The notes under the pieces are model-generated. The model made no database searches, was not told the DNA's origin, and saw only the letters and a list, made by a program, of their open reading frames with translations. Below, piece after piece: positions 19,114 to 28,542 of a stretch of DNA of 64,000 bases; the stretch's first letter is position 1, and each line of letters begins with the position of its first letter. Origin of the DNA: Gemmatimonadota bacterium (GTDB lineage: Bacteria > Gemmatimonadota > Gemmatimonadetes > Longimicrobiales > Gaopeijiaceae); the NCBI GenBank assembly GCA_036986155.1, contig BTRA01000002.1, forward strand, positions 2,119 through 66,118, given 5' to 3'. The translations under genes and the position numbers were made by a program.

Positions 19114-20433
19114 TCAGCCTCCGCGGCGACCGCTGCGGCGCGCCCTGCTACTTCCTCCGGATCGGGATCGGCTGGGGGCGGAGCGGGCCCTGGAACCGCT
19201 CCGGCTGGGGCGTGACCTTGCACGAGGGGCGGAGCGCGCCCGGCTACGCGGCGGTGCTGATCGAGCCCTGGGCGCCGAGCGGGCCCGGCTACGTGGTGCT
19301 GAACGGGCCCGGCTACGCGGTGCCGAACGCGCCTTGGGTGCCGAACGCGCCTTGGGCGCCGAGCGGGCCCGGCTACGTGGTGCCGAACGGGCGCGGCTAC
19401 GCGGTGCCGAACGAGCCTGAGGTGCCCGGCGCGTGCGACTGCGGGGCGCCGATCTAGCCCGAGACTCCGACCGGATGCCTCTTCCGGGCTCCGACCGGAC
19501 ACGATTGTCGCGGTTGGTGGTCGGTCTGCTGCGCGGAGTGACCGTCGACCGATTACTGCGGGCCCCCGTACGGGCGGAGGCGCGGTTCGTCGCCGTCGCA
19601 GAACGACGGACCGCACTCCTGCCGCGCCGGCTCTGCAGGAGGTCTGATGGCCTGGACCGCGGGCCAACCCGGGCGCGGCGGGCCGACGTGGATCGTGACG
19701 CACGCGTCGGCGTGCGAGCCGTTACACGGCGCCCTGCTGCGGCGCTGCGCGTTCCGGAGAGGGAGTTCGTCGAACTCGCTCGGGTCCGTGGGGTCGCTGT
19801 TCGGCGCTGAGCCACCCTGGTACTCGGTGTTTCCTTGAATCCCGTGCCACTTCGGTTTAGAGCCGAGTACCTCAAGAGCGGTCGGCGGGCGCCGACAAAC
19901 CCGCCGCCGAACGATCCGGTTGGAAAAGCCACGGCCCAATGGCGCGGTGAATGCGCACCGTACCCGTACCTGTACCCGTAGCCGTACCCGTAGCCGTACC
20001 CGTAGCTCGGCGAGTAATAGGAACTAGCGAAGAGCCCTCCGAACCCAAAGCCGAGCGAGATAGAGAATGACGAGTAGAACCCCGGGCGGTAGCCATAGCT
20101 CGTCGGCCCGTACGCCCCGTAGTAATACGCTGGTCCGTAGGAGTATCCGATCGGGTGGAAGCCGAACGAGCGAGGTCGGCGGTACCGGTAGCGATCCCAG
20201 CACTCGTACGAGTACCAGTCGTAGTAGAGGTGGTCCAAGCACGGGTCGTAGACCGCGTAATCGTCCACGTAGTAGTCGGACTCGTAACCGGAGTAACTGT
20301 ACGCGGCCCCGAATACCGCTTCGGTGCCGGACGTGTATGACACCTGGCTCGAGGTATACTGGCCCGAGACGGACGCCGGAATCAGGGCCAGCCCAGCGAG
20401 TAGCAGCGCAGCGGTGTTGTTTAGAGCACGCAC
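19114..20433 (-). CDS. Secreted low-complexity protein: signal peptide, Tyr/Gly-rich region, and an Arg/Ser-rich tail with tandem ARSAP repeats (hypothetical)
   Basis: GTG 20433 is preceded by GGAGGA with a 7-nt spacer. The N-terminus (M)RALNNTAALLLAGLALIPASVSGQ looks like a Sec signal. The central part is very Tyr-rich, including GYGYGYGYGYRYGYG. The C-terminus has at least 10 copies of ARSAP within RSRARSAP-type units. Confidence 0.65.
   Translation of the reverse strand: MRALNNTAALLLAGLALIPASVSGQYTSSQVSYTSGTEAVFGAAYSYSGYESDYYVDDYAVYDPCLDHLYYDWYSYECWDRYRYRRPRSFGFHPIGYSYGPAYYYGAYGPTSYGYRPGFYSSFSISLGFGFGGLFASSYYSPSYGYGYGYGYGYRYGYGAHSPRHWAVAFPTGSFGGGFVGARRPLLRYSALNRSGTGFKETPSTRVAQRRTATPRTRASSTNSLSGTRSAAAGRRVTARTPTRASRSTSARRARVGPRSRPSDLLQSRRGRSAVRRSATATNRASARTGARSNRSTVTPRSRPTTNRDNRVRSEPGRGIRSESRARSAPRSRTRRAPQARSAPRSRARSAPRSRARSAPKARSAPKARSAPRSRARSAPRSRARSAPRARSAPPRSRARSAPRARSRPSRSGSRARSAPSRSRSGGSSRARRSGRRGG
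19231..19433. repeat. Imperfect 18-24-nt tandem repeats that encode the ARSAP/RSRARSAP units
   Basis: Recurring units gggcccggctacg(c/t)ggtgc(c/t)gaac and gcgccttggg(t/c)gccgaac can be read directly in the sequence. Confidence 0.75.
19959..20006. repeat. Hexanucleotide tandem repeat (8 units cgtacc/cgtagc) encoding (GY)n
   Basis: cgtacc cgtacc tgtacc cgtagc cgtacc cgtagc cgtacc cgtagc. Confidence 0.8.
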
Positions 20434-20616
20434 GGTACTATCCTCCGTCAAGGCGATCTTGATCTATTCCAGTGCAGGGCCTGTGCCAAAGTTTTCGCCT
20501 GTTCTAAGATACTACTGAGCATACACTTATCGGAACTGTACCATATCGCAGCGGACTCCCGAACTGTCCACTTCAGGGGACATCGGTCGCATTTCAGTAA
20601 CGTCTGGTGGACACCC

Positions 20617-21918
20617 CTATCCAAGTGCCTGGGCCATTTCCGAGAAGAATTTCTCGAAGTCGGACGGGGTCGTATTCACATTCGGCGATATCCGCAAGGC
20701 GTTCAGCCCCATGGTTTCGAAGGGCCTTAGAACGATTCCCGCCTGCGAGAACAAATCCTGTGAGACCTGCCTCGCAGAGCGACCGGAGACACCCAGGGCG
20801 ACGAGCGAGGCGCCCAACTCCCACGTCTCGGGCGACGCCCATTCCAGCCCGGGAGTCCCCAGCACCCACTCCCTCAGGTCCGACCGCATCTGTTGATAGC
20901 GGCGTTCCTTCTCGGCCGGGCCCAGAGCCGCCTGATAATCCACTGCGTCTCCGAGTGCCATGACCTCGGGAAGATTCCTCGTGCCGTAATCTTCGTACTT
21001 CCTTCCTGTGCCAGCCCAGCGGCGTCGGCCCCAGGTGACCCACATGGGTTCGAGTGTCGGTCGCAAAGCCTCACGAACGTAAAGTAGGCCGAGGCCCTTG
21101 GGAGACTGGAGCCACTTGTGCGGGCTCGCCGAGTAGGCATCCACTCCGGAGGCGGCGAGGTCCAGCGGTATCATGCCGACCGTCTGGGCCCCGTCCACGG
21201 CGACGTATTCGACCCCCTCGGCCTTCGCCATGGCGACGAGTTCGGTGAGAGGGTGCCGGAGCCCGACGGCGTTGTCCACGTGTGGGAATACCAGAACCCG
21301 AGTCTCCGGCCGGATCTGGCGCCTGTGCAGCTCGACGATATCGGAGAGGCTCATTCCCGGCACGTCGTCGACGGGAAACTTGAACCTGCGTGCTGTATAG
21401 CCACGTCGCTCAGCGCCGAGCTCCCAGCAGACGCTTGCACCGTCATGATTCAATGTGCTGAAAAGGACCTCGTCCCCGGGGCCGATCGGTAACCCGTTGG
21501 CGAGTACGTTGAAGCCCTCGGTGGTATTGTGCGTGATCGTAACATCGGAGGCGGGCACACCCAGGACCCGAGCCGCCCCGGCCCGCACCTCCTCGCGGAG
21601 CGGCTCCCACGGTGGGCCCCACATGTAGAGCCAAGGGTTGGATTCCACGAGAGCGAGATACCCGACCCGCGCGTCATGCACCGGTCGGGGTATGGTGCCG
21701 ATCGATGCGTGGTTGAGATATACGACCGCGGGATCGAGCATGTACCGATCCTCGAGCGCCTCGGGTCCGAGGCTCTCCCACGGCGTTCGAGCCAGGTCGG
21801 TCACGGCGGACGAGAAGCCGTCCTCGATCGTCTCCAGACGAGCTAGAACGGGTCCGGCGACGGCCATGGCCGCGAACGATTTGAGAAAGTCTTTTCGGTT
21901 ACGATAGACCGACCTCAT
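20617..21918 (-). CDS. Class V aminotransferase-fold PLP enzyme (cysteine desulfurase / isopenicillin-N-epimerase-like) with a Tat-like signal
   Basis: ATG 21918 is preceded by GGGAG. The N-terminus MRSVYRNRKDFLKSFAAMAVAGPVLA resembles a twin-arginine signal (an RK variant). The body matches the class V fold, including SPHKWLQSPKG with the PLP lysine. Confidence 0.85.
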   Translation of the reverse strand: MRSVYRNRKDFLKSFAAMAVAGPVLARLETIEDGFSSAVTDLARTPWESLGPEALEDRYMLDPAVVYLNHASIGTIPRPVHDARVGYLALVESNPWLYMWGPPWEPLREEVRAGAARVLGVPASDVTITHNTTEGFNVLANGLPIGPGDEVLFSTLNHDGASVCWELGAERRGYTARRFKFPVDDVPGMSLSDIVELHRRQIRPETRVLVFPHVDNAVGLRHPLTELVAMAKAEGVEYVAVDGAQTVGMIPLDLAASGVDAYSASPHKWLQSPKGLGLLYVREALRPTLEPMWVTWGRRRWAGTGRKYEDYGTRNLPEVMALGDAVDYQAALGPAEKERRYQQMRSDLREWVLGTPGLEWASPETWELGASLVALGVSGRSARQVSQDLFSQAGIVLRPFETMGLNALRISPNVNTTPSDFEKFFSEMAQALG

Positions 21919-22217
21919 GACGTTACTCCCGGTAAGCTGGCATGAATCCCCTTGCCGATCCGACGAAAACATCCGACAATTAGGGGCCACTGCATTGGTA
22001 GCGGTGGTCGGAACTTCGATCTCGAAGTCCTTTTTTCCGGTGCTTCCTGGCCCGGAGAAGCCCCGTTTCTGCCTGTTGTCGTTCCTCCTCGGCCCATGCC
22101 GGGGAAGTCCTTGGGCAAGTATGGGGAACCGGTGGCCGTCCACGCCAGTGAGTGTTTGGAGGCTCCCGAGGAAGAACCGCCCATGATGGGTTCCGCATAC
22201 CTCATAATGGAGATGCC

Positions 22218-23411
22218 GTGAACAGCGATGCCCCGCGGGGGGACCGCACCGATACGACCGGTACGCAAGAGGCGAGTCGAGAGGCGCTCGGCATCCTCGA
22301 TGTCCTTGGTAGTGGATCCGGTTTCATAAGGCGCCGCCAAGCCGGCTATGTTCCTTCGAAAGAGGACATCTATGTCGGCGCGAAGCTGGTCCAGAAATTC
22401 GGCTTACGCAGCGGGGACGAGTTGGCCGGCACGGTCGGACGTCGTCCCAAGAATGGAAAGAGCCCACCCCTCACCCAACTCGTGGCCGTGAATGGGTCTC
22501 CGCCCGAGAACGCGCGCGGTCGGCCTGACTTCAATCGGCTGGCGGCCGTGCATCCCGACCAGAGGCTATCTCTCGAATGCGGCCGCACGATGAGGGGCGA
22601 GCCTGAGTATACCAACCGCGTGATCGATCTCTTCTGCCCCTTTGGTAAGGGTCAACGAGCCATGATTGTGGCACCTGCCAAGGCCGGTAAGACCATGGTG
22701 CTCCAAGCGGTGGCGGAGGGCATCGTTACGAACCACCCGGAGTGTCGGCTCTTCATCCTGTTGGTGGACGAGCGTCCTGAGGAAATCACGGACATGGAGA
22801 TGTGCGGGTTCGGCGAGGTCGTTGCTTCCAGTTTCGACCTTCCGGCCCAGAATCATGTGGCTGTGGCGGAGATGACTCTGGAGCGCTCTCGTCGCATGGT
22901 GGAGTCGGGTTCGGACGTCGTGATCATCCTCGATTCCATCACCCGGCTCGCCCGTGCCTACAACACCATTCAGGAGGGGAGTGGGCGCACGCTCTCCGGA
23001 GGTCTGGATGCGTCATCGCTCGAGAAACCCAAGCGTTTCCTCGGAAGCGCGCGGAAAATCGACCCGAGGCAGAGTGGTGGCTCTCTCACGATCATTGCGA
23101 CGGCCCTCGTCGACACCGGCTCCCGCATGGATCAGGTGATATTCGAGGAGTTCAAGGGCACCGGTAACAGTGAGTTGCTCCTCAGCCGAGAACTCGCCGA
23201 TCGACGTATCTATCCGGCTATCGATTTGACGGGTTCGGCGACCCGGAAGGAGGAGCTACTTCTGGATCAGGATGCTCTTCGAGTGTCGCAGGCCATGCGC
23301 AGGCAGTTGGCGGGAGTCAGTCCGGCGGATGCGATGAACGAGTTGCTCGGTGTGATGCGGAAGACGCGCTCCAACGAGGCCCTCATAGCGATGGCGAGCC
23401 AGAAGCTCTAG
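22218..23411 (+). CDS. rho: Transcription termination factor Rho (short N-terminus)
   Basis: Contains the RNA-binding OB region (GFGFIR-like GSGFIRR), Walker A (APAKAGKT) and the Rho C-terminal blocks. GTG 22218 is preceded by GGAG with a 5-nt spacer. Confidence 0.95.
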   Translation: MNSDAPRGDRTDTTGTQEASREALGILDVLGSGSGFIRRRQAGYVPSKEDIYVGAKLVQKFGLRSGDELAGTVGRRPKNGKSPPLTQLVAVNGSPPENARGRPDFNRLAAVHPDQRLSLECGRTMRGEPEYTNRVIDLFCPFGKGQRAMIVAPAKAGKTMVLQAVAEGIVTNHPECRLFILLVDERPEEITDMEMCGFGEVVASSFDLPAQNHVAVAEMTLERSRRMVESGSDVVIILDSITRLARAYNTIQEGSGRTLSGGLDASSLEKPKRFLGSARKIDPRQSGGSLTIIATALVDTGSRMDQVIFEEFKGTGNSELLLSRELADRRIYPAIDLTGSATRKEELLLDQDALRVSQAMRRQLAGVSPADAMNELLGVMRKTRSNEALIAMASQKL

Positions 23412-23929
23412 GGTCGGCCCAAGAGCCGTTTCAACTCCGTCAGCCCCTGCTCCATTTGTGCACCCTGCGATCTGGGCATGGTCAATGCAGTGTAACCCAG
23501 GATGGGATTCCAGCTGAAGTCGCCGACCTCCGACCATGTGACGGTGGTGCCATCCTCCGCAGCTTCGAGCATGAACGCGCCCTCGACCGATAGGGTACTG
23601 TCCCCGACAACGACCCGGTAGCGGACGAGGCGATCGGGGACGGTCTCGGTGATGGTGATCGATCCCGACCCGAAGTTCGGGTGGTCCCAGCTACGGCGCG
23701 CGCCGACGCCGGAGGTCTCCCCGTCGAACGTCGACTCCACGTCGCCCCAAGGAGTCCACGCATCCCACCGCGCCAGGTCGTCGAGATAGGGGAAGACCTT
23801 TTTGGGCGGCACCTCGAGGTAGATGCTGGCGCCGGCGCGCCAGGTTCCCGGCAACAACAGTCCGACCGCCATGAAGAGAATCAGAATCGCCGCAAGGCTT
23901 CCAAAAACCCGGAAGAGGGTCCGCATCAT
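23408..23929 (-). CDS. SRPBCC (polyketide cyclase/START-like) family protein with an N-terminal membrane anchor
   Basis: 173 aa with a hydrophobic N-terminus and an SRPBCC-like beta-rich body. Its stop shares the CTAG palindrome with the rho stop. Confidence 0.7.
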   Translation of the reverse strand: MMRTLFRVFGSLAAILILFMAVGLLLPGTWRAGASIYLEVPPKKVFPYLDDLARWDAWTPWGDVESTFDGETSGVGARRSWDHPNFGSGSITITETVPDRLVRYRVVVGDSTLSVEGAFMLEAAEDGTTVTWSEVGDFSWNPILGYTALTMPRSQGAQMEQGLTELKRLLGRP

Positions 23930-24675
23930 GGCTGGCCCCCGTCGGTCCCTGAGTCCGTAGCCTCTAGTCCGCCCGTGAGTTCGACAAGGAGCGGCTCGAT
24001 GATGTTCCAGACGGTGGCGGCGACCCGACGGTGGCCCGCGGGGTTCGGGTGGATCCCATCCCTCTGGTTCAAAGCGGTAACACCCGCCACTCCATCGAGG
24101 AGGAAGGGAATCAACAGAGCGTCATTCGCTGCTGCGAGGTCGGGGAATACATCCCGGAACTCTTGCACGTACTGCGACCCCATGTTGGGAGGCGCCTCCA
24201 TCCCGGCGATGACCAGCTTCACGGCGGGGTAGCGCTCCCGTACTCGGTCGATGATCGCTTGAAGGTTGATCTGCATGAGCGAAGGGGCCTGGCCACGAAG
24301 TCCATCGTTGGCTCCGAGTTCGAGCACGAACACGGCGGTGGGGCGGTCGAAGAGCCACCTTACCCGGCGAATTCCACCGGCACTCGTCTCGCCGCTCACT
24401 CCGGCGTTTACGATCTCGAAGGGTAAGGCCAAGGAATCGACCATCATCTGGATCAGGCTCGTGAATCCGTCGGTTGGGTCGTTCAACCCGTAGCCGGCTG
24501 TGAGGCTCGTGCCCATGAATACCACCCGGAGCCGCTCGCCCGAGGGTGGCGCACCAGAGGCCGTAGAACCTTCGAGGGGCTCGCGGCGTACCACGTCCGG
24601 ACTGTCGGCGCCCCAGCAGCCGGACAGTGCCAAGACGAGACCGACCGCAAGCGACCCTGGACGAAGCATGATCAT
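23926..24675 (-). CDS. SGNH/GDSL hydrolase (TesA/arylesterase-like) lipoprotein
   Basis: The start MIMLRPGSLAVGLVLALSGC carries a lipobox. GDSL block I reads VVFMGTSLTAGYG, and the C-terminal DGIHPN block is present. The track ORF extends upstream to 24840. Confidence 0.85.
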   Translation of the reverse strand: MIMLRPGSLAVGLVLALSGCWGADSPDVVRREPLEGSTASGAPPSGERLRVVFMGTSLTAGYGLNDPTDGFTSLIQMMVDSLALPFEIVNAGVSGETSAGGIRRVRWLFDRPTAVFVLELGANDGLRGQAPSLMQINLQAIIDRVRERYPAVKLVIAGMEAPPNMGSQYVQEFRDVFPDLAAANDALLIPFLLDGVAGVTALNQRDGIHPNPAGHRRVAATVWNIIEPLLVELTGGLEATDSGTDGGQP

Positions 24676-25366
24676 AGCTGAAGGGCTCATAAAGGAGTAT
24701 CGGAGCGGAGGCCGTCCGCTCCGTGTGCTCGACTCGGTCGATCTCGAGGTGGCCGCAGAGGATTTCGTTGCGATCGTCGGTCCCTCCGGGAGTGGGAAAA
24801 CCACATTGTTGGGGCTGCTCGCCGGCCTCGACGAGCCCACGGCCGGCCGCGTCTCGCTCGCCGGTCACGATCTTTCGCTTCTTACCGAAGACGAGCGCGC
24901 GACGTTTCGCGCCAGCAACGTAGGGTTTGTATTCCAAACGTTCCACCTTCTGCCAACCCTCACCGCTCTCGAAAATGTAATGGTGCCGGCGGAATTACTC
25001 GGTCGGCGAGAGTCCAGCAACGGCAACTCGGCCCGGGTGTGGGCGGCGAGCCTGCTCGATCGGGTGGGTCTTGCAGACCGGCTCGACCACTATCCCGCCC
25101 AACTCTCGGGTGGGGAGCAGCAGCGTGTTGCGCTCGCTCGCGCCTTTTCCGGGGAGCCCAAGATCCTCTTCGCCGACGAGCCGACGGGAAATCTCGATCG
25201 TGCAACCGGCGACCACGTGGTGCACCTCCTTGAGGCGCTGAACACCGACGCCCGTACGACGCTGGTGCTCGTGACGCATAACCTTTCACTTGCGGCCCGG
25301 GCTCGACGAGTGGTGTCGCTCGCCGACGGACGCATCGTTCCTACCACCGAGTCCGTGCCAGAGTGA
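24668..25366 (+). CDS. ABC transporter ATP-binding protein (YbbA/LolD-like)
   Basis: Starts MIIAEGLIKEY. Contains Walker A (GPSGSGKTT), the signature LSGGEQQR and Walker B (ILFADEPT). Confidence 0.93.
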   Translation: MIIAEGLIKEYRSGGRPLRVLDSVDLEVAAEDFVAIVGPSGSGKTTLLGLLAGLDEPTAGRVSLAGHDLSLLTEDERATFRASNVGFVFQTFHLLPTLTALENVMVPAELLGRRESSNGNSARVWAASLLDRVGLADRLDHYPAQLSGGEQQRVALARAFSGEPKILFADEPTGNLDRATGDHVVHLLEALNTDARTTLVLVTHNLSLAARARRVVSLADGRIVPTTESVPE

Positions 25367-27906
25367 AGGTCGGGTTCACCGGGCGCCTTGCCTGGCGCGA
25401 AGGTCGGGCCAGCTACAAGCGTCTCGGAGTCTACATGGCCTCGATCACGCTGGGAGTCGGGGCACTCGTAGCGATTCACTCATTCCAGCGTGACGTCACG
25501 CGGGCGCTAGACGACGAGTCGCGCACCTTGTTGGGCGCCGACATAAGGATCTCGTCGAATCGCCCGCTCTCGGCGGAATTCGCTCCGGTGCTCGATTCGC
25601 TTCTCGCCGCGGGAGCAGGTGTAGCCCGCACGCTCACGGTCGCCTCCATGATCTCCGACCTTCGTAGCGACCGCGTGCGGCTGGCCCAGGTCAAGGGAGT
25701 CGAGCCCGGCTACCCGTTCTACGGCCCTCTCGAAACCGACCCGCCGGGCATTTGGGGGAGGGTGCAGGAGGGACGCATCGCCATCGTCGACCCCGCCGTC
25801 CTGATCCAGTTGAATGCCGAGGTCGGTGACAGTCTGCGGATTGGGAACAGCACGTTCTTGTTGGAGGGTACGGTGACCGGACTCCCCACCGAGTTGGGTC
25901 TCCAGACTGCCATCGGGGCGCGTGTGTACGTCGGGTTCCCGCGCCTTGCCGAGGCCGGCCTCCTAGGGTTCGGCACGGTTGCCCGTTACCGGACGAACGT
26001 TCGGCTGCCGAGGCAAGAGGATCAGGACGCCCTCTGGGCGGATCACGAGGACCTGTTCCAAGGTGTGCAAGTGTCTTACACCACCGCGCAAGGTCGGGCG
26101 GAGGACTTGACCTTCGCAGTCGGCGCGCTCAGCAGATTTCTCGGGTTGGTGGGCTTGGCGGCTCTTCTTCTGGGCGGAATCGGTGTAGCGAGCGCGATCC
26201 ACGTATACGTGAAGGAGAAACTGGTCACGGTGGCGATTCTCCGTTGCCTGGGGGCCACGCAGGGAAGTGTGTTCAACGCCTATTTGCTTCAATCGGCCGT
26301 CATGGGGTTTTTGGGGTCGGTGCTCGGCGCGGGCCTTGGCGTGGCTATTCAGTTCGTCCTGCCGGACCTGTTGGCCGAGGTGCTTCCGGTCTCGGTCGTT
26401 CCGCGGGTTTCGTGGGCCGCCGTGGTGGCGGGACTTGCCATCGGGGTGTGGGTGTCCTCGATTTTCGCGATCGGTCCGATGCTGGATCTTCGCGGCGTCC
26501 CTCCGCTGCTCGCGCTTCGAAGTGACGTGGAGCCGGTACGCCGTCGCGATCTGTGGCGGTGGGGTGTGAACGCGGCGTTGGTTTTGACCCTGGTGGTCTT
26601 GTCCATATTCGAAGCACCGGATCTCGCCACCGGTATCGCATTTGCCGGAGGACTCATCGCGACCGGACTCCTCCTTTGGGCCACAGCGGCCGCTCTGATG
26701 CGTGCGACTCGACGCTTTCTGCCCGCGAGCGCCTCCTACTCCATGCGGCAGGGCGTGAGCAACCTGTTTCGCCCTCAGAACCAGACGGTTGCAGTGACGC
26801 TCGCGTTGGGATTCGGAGCGTTTGTCGTGGGGACAGTAATGCAGGTCGAGGGAAACCTCACTCGGCAGTTCACACTCGAACAGGGCGACGGACGCCCGAA
26901 CGTCCTGCTCTTCGACGTGCAGGTGGACCAGGCCTCCGAGGTGGAGGAGTTGCTCGCACGGGCGGCGTTGGGACCGATCGAGTTTACGCCGCTGGTGCCG
27001 GGGCGGCTGACCGGGATCAACGGGGAGGATGTTGAGACGCTTGCGGAACGACCGACAGCCGAGAGACCCGACCTGTGGGCGCTTCGTCGGGAGTACCGAC
27101 ACACGTACCGGACTGAGATGAGTGGATCCGAAGTGTTGGTCGAAGGCACGTGGTGGCCGGATGCTCCGCGGGCCGGGTCGGGCCTGCCTCTGGTGTCAAT
27201 CGAGGAAGATCTCGCTGGATCCCTCAAGGTCGGGGTCGGAGACCGGCTGACGTGGAACATCGGCGGGACCGAAATGGAGACCGAAATCGCCAGTGTTAGG
27301 ACCGTGGACTGGGCCCGCTTTGAAACGAACTTCTTCTTCGTGTTCGAGCCGGGGAGCCTCGACCGGGCTCCACAGACGGCGGTAATGCTCGCGAGGATCG
27401 AGAGAGAGGACCAGAGAGCGCGGTTCCAACGCGAGCTCGTAGACGCCTTCCCGAACGTCTCGGTGCTGGATCTGTCGAACCTGCAGAACGCGCTCGACAC
27501 GATTCTGTCGCGAGTGTCACAGGCGATACGCTTTCTCGGGGGGTTCAGCATCGGTGCCGGCCTGATCGTGCTTGCCGGCGCTCTAGCGACCTCGCGGTAT
27601 CAACGCCTGCGGGAAGGTGCCCTGCTCAAGACCTTGGGTGCGCGTCGCCGCCTCATCGTGAAGATCTTGCTGGCCGAATACGTAACCCTGGGCACCCTGG
27701 CGAGTGCCACCGGCCTGGCTCTGGCGTTGGGTGCGGGGTGGCTCCTGATCGAGGGCTTGTTCGAGTTCGACTTCGAGCCGTTGGTGATCCGGCTTTTCGT
27801 AGCATGGCTTGTGGTCGTAGCGTTGACGGTGGGCATGGGGATGTTGGGAAGTAGGGGTGTGCTCGGGCGAAGACCACTGGAAGTCTTACGAGACGCCGGG
27901 GGGTGA
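25363..27906 (+). CDS. FtsX-like ABC transporter permease (YbbP-like, duplicated FtsX domain)
   Basis: 847 aa with two FtsX-type 4-TM modules separated by large loops. The GTGA overlap with the ATPase gene indicates coupling. Confidence 0.9.
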   Translation: MKVGFTGRLAWREGRASYKRLGVYMASITLGVGALVAIHSFQRDVTRALDDESRTLLGADIRISSNRPLSAEFAPVLDSLLAAGAGVARTLTVASMISDLRSDRVRLAQVKGVEPGYPFYGPLETDPPGIWGRVQEGRIAIVDPAVLIQLNAEVGDSLRIGNSTFLLEGTVTGLPTELGLQTAIGARVYVGFPRLAEAGLLGFGTVARYRTNVRLPRQEDQDALWADHEDLFQGVQVSYTTAQGRAEDLTFAVGALSRFLGLVGLAALLLGGIGVASAIHVYVKEKLVTVAILRCLGATQGSVFNAYLLQSAVMGFLGSVLGAGLGVAIQFVLPDLLAEVLPVSVVPRVSWAAVVAGLAIGVWVSSIFAIGPMLDLRGVPPLLALRSDVEPVRRRDLWRWGVNAALVLTLVVLSIFEAPDLATGIAFAGGLIATGLLLWATAAALMRATRRFLPASASYSMRQGVSNLFRPQNQTVAVTLALGFGAFVVGTVMQVEGNLTRQFTLEQGDGRPNVLLFDVQVDQASEVEELLARAALGPIEFTPLVPGRLTGINGEDVETLAERPTAERPDLWALRREYRHTYRTEMSGSEVLVEGTWWPDAPRAGSGLPLVSIEEDLAGSLKVGVGDRLTWNIGGTEMETEIASVRTVDWARFETNFFFVFEPGSLDRAPQTAVMLARIEREDQRARFQRELVDAFPNVSVLDLSNLQNALDTILSRVSQAIRFLGGFSIGAGLIVLAGALATSRYQRLREGALLKTLGARRRLIVKILLAEYVTLGTLASATGLALALGAGWLLIEGLFEFDFEPLVIRLFVAWLVVVALTVGMGMLGSRGVLGRRPLEVLRDAGG

Positions 27907-27976
27907 TCCGGGGCGTCTGGGTAGGACCCTGGGCCGGAAGCGCGGGATTTGGTGTAGGTGGGGGGCGGACGGGTCG

Positions 27977-28450
27977 CTATTTTGTATCAGGCGAGGGGAG
28001 GGGTTCATCGAGCACGTCGACGTCGAGTTGTAGGAGGGGCTCGTGGTGACATGTCTCGCAGGTGAGGGCGTGGGGATGGCGGAGGCGAGTGGGGCGTTCA
28101 AGGCTGAGCGGAGTGGCGCAGCGCGGACAAACGCCCGAAATGCTGAGTATGGTGTGTTGCTCCGACCAGCGGCGGCGGGCGATCGTGGCGCCTATGCCGA
28201 GGGCCGCCAGGCCCCAAGGCGCGTGAGGCGGGACTAGAGAAACGAGAGGCGCCGCGATCAGGGTTAGGGCTGCTACAACGACGGTCCGGCCGAGTCGCCA
28301 TTTTTTGGATCGGTCTATGACGGCGGCAGTCGCCTCCGTTGGGACATGCCCGAACAGCGAGAGGGTCCCCGTGGTGGTTCGGCTAAGGGGTTGCGATGTG
28401 ACGTGGGTCAAGGGCAAACTGCATGATTGGTGTCTGGTATTCCGTGGCAC
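27977..28450 (-). CDS. Hypothetical membrane protein with a C-terminal CxxC...CxxC zinc-ribbon-like motif
   Basis: Two hydrophobic helices are followed by CPRCATPL...LTCETCHH. The start is uncertain. Confidence 0.4.
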   Translation of the reverse strand: MPRNTRHQSCSLPLTHVTSQPLSRTTTGTLSLFGHVPTEATAAVIDRSKKWRLGRTVVVAALTLIAAPLVSLVPPHAPWGLAALGIGATIARRRWSEQHTILSISGVCPRCATPLSLERPTRLRHPHALTCETCHHEPLLQLDVDVLDEPLPSPDTK

Positions 28451-28542
28451 GGCGAGCGTTCTAACGCAATCTATCCGGATCCACGGCCGAACCGAAGCGG
28501 CTTGGGGAAGGAGTCCCCGGTGTCAAACCACGACGTGAGCGA

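Noticed and set aside
19231-19433. Regular short DNA repeats that could suggest a CRISPR array or a minisatellite outside genes.
   Set aside because: The units are contiguous, with no spacers, and are imperfect and in frame within a long ORF. They encode the ARSAP peptide repeat, and no cas genes or leader are present.
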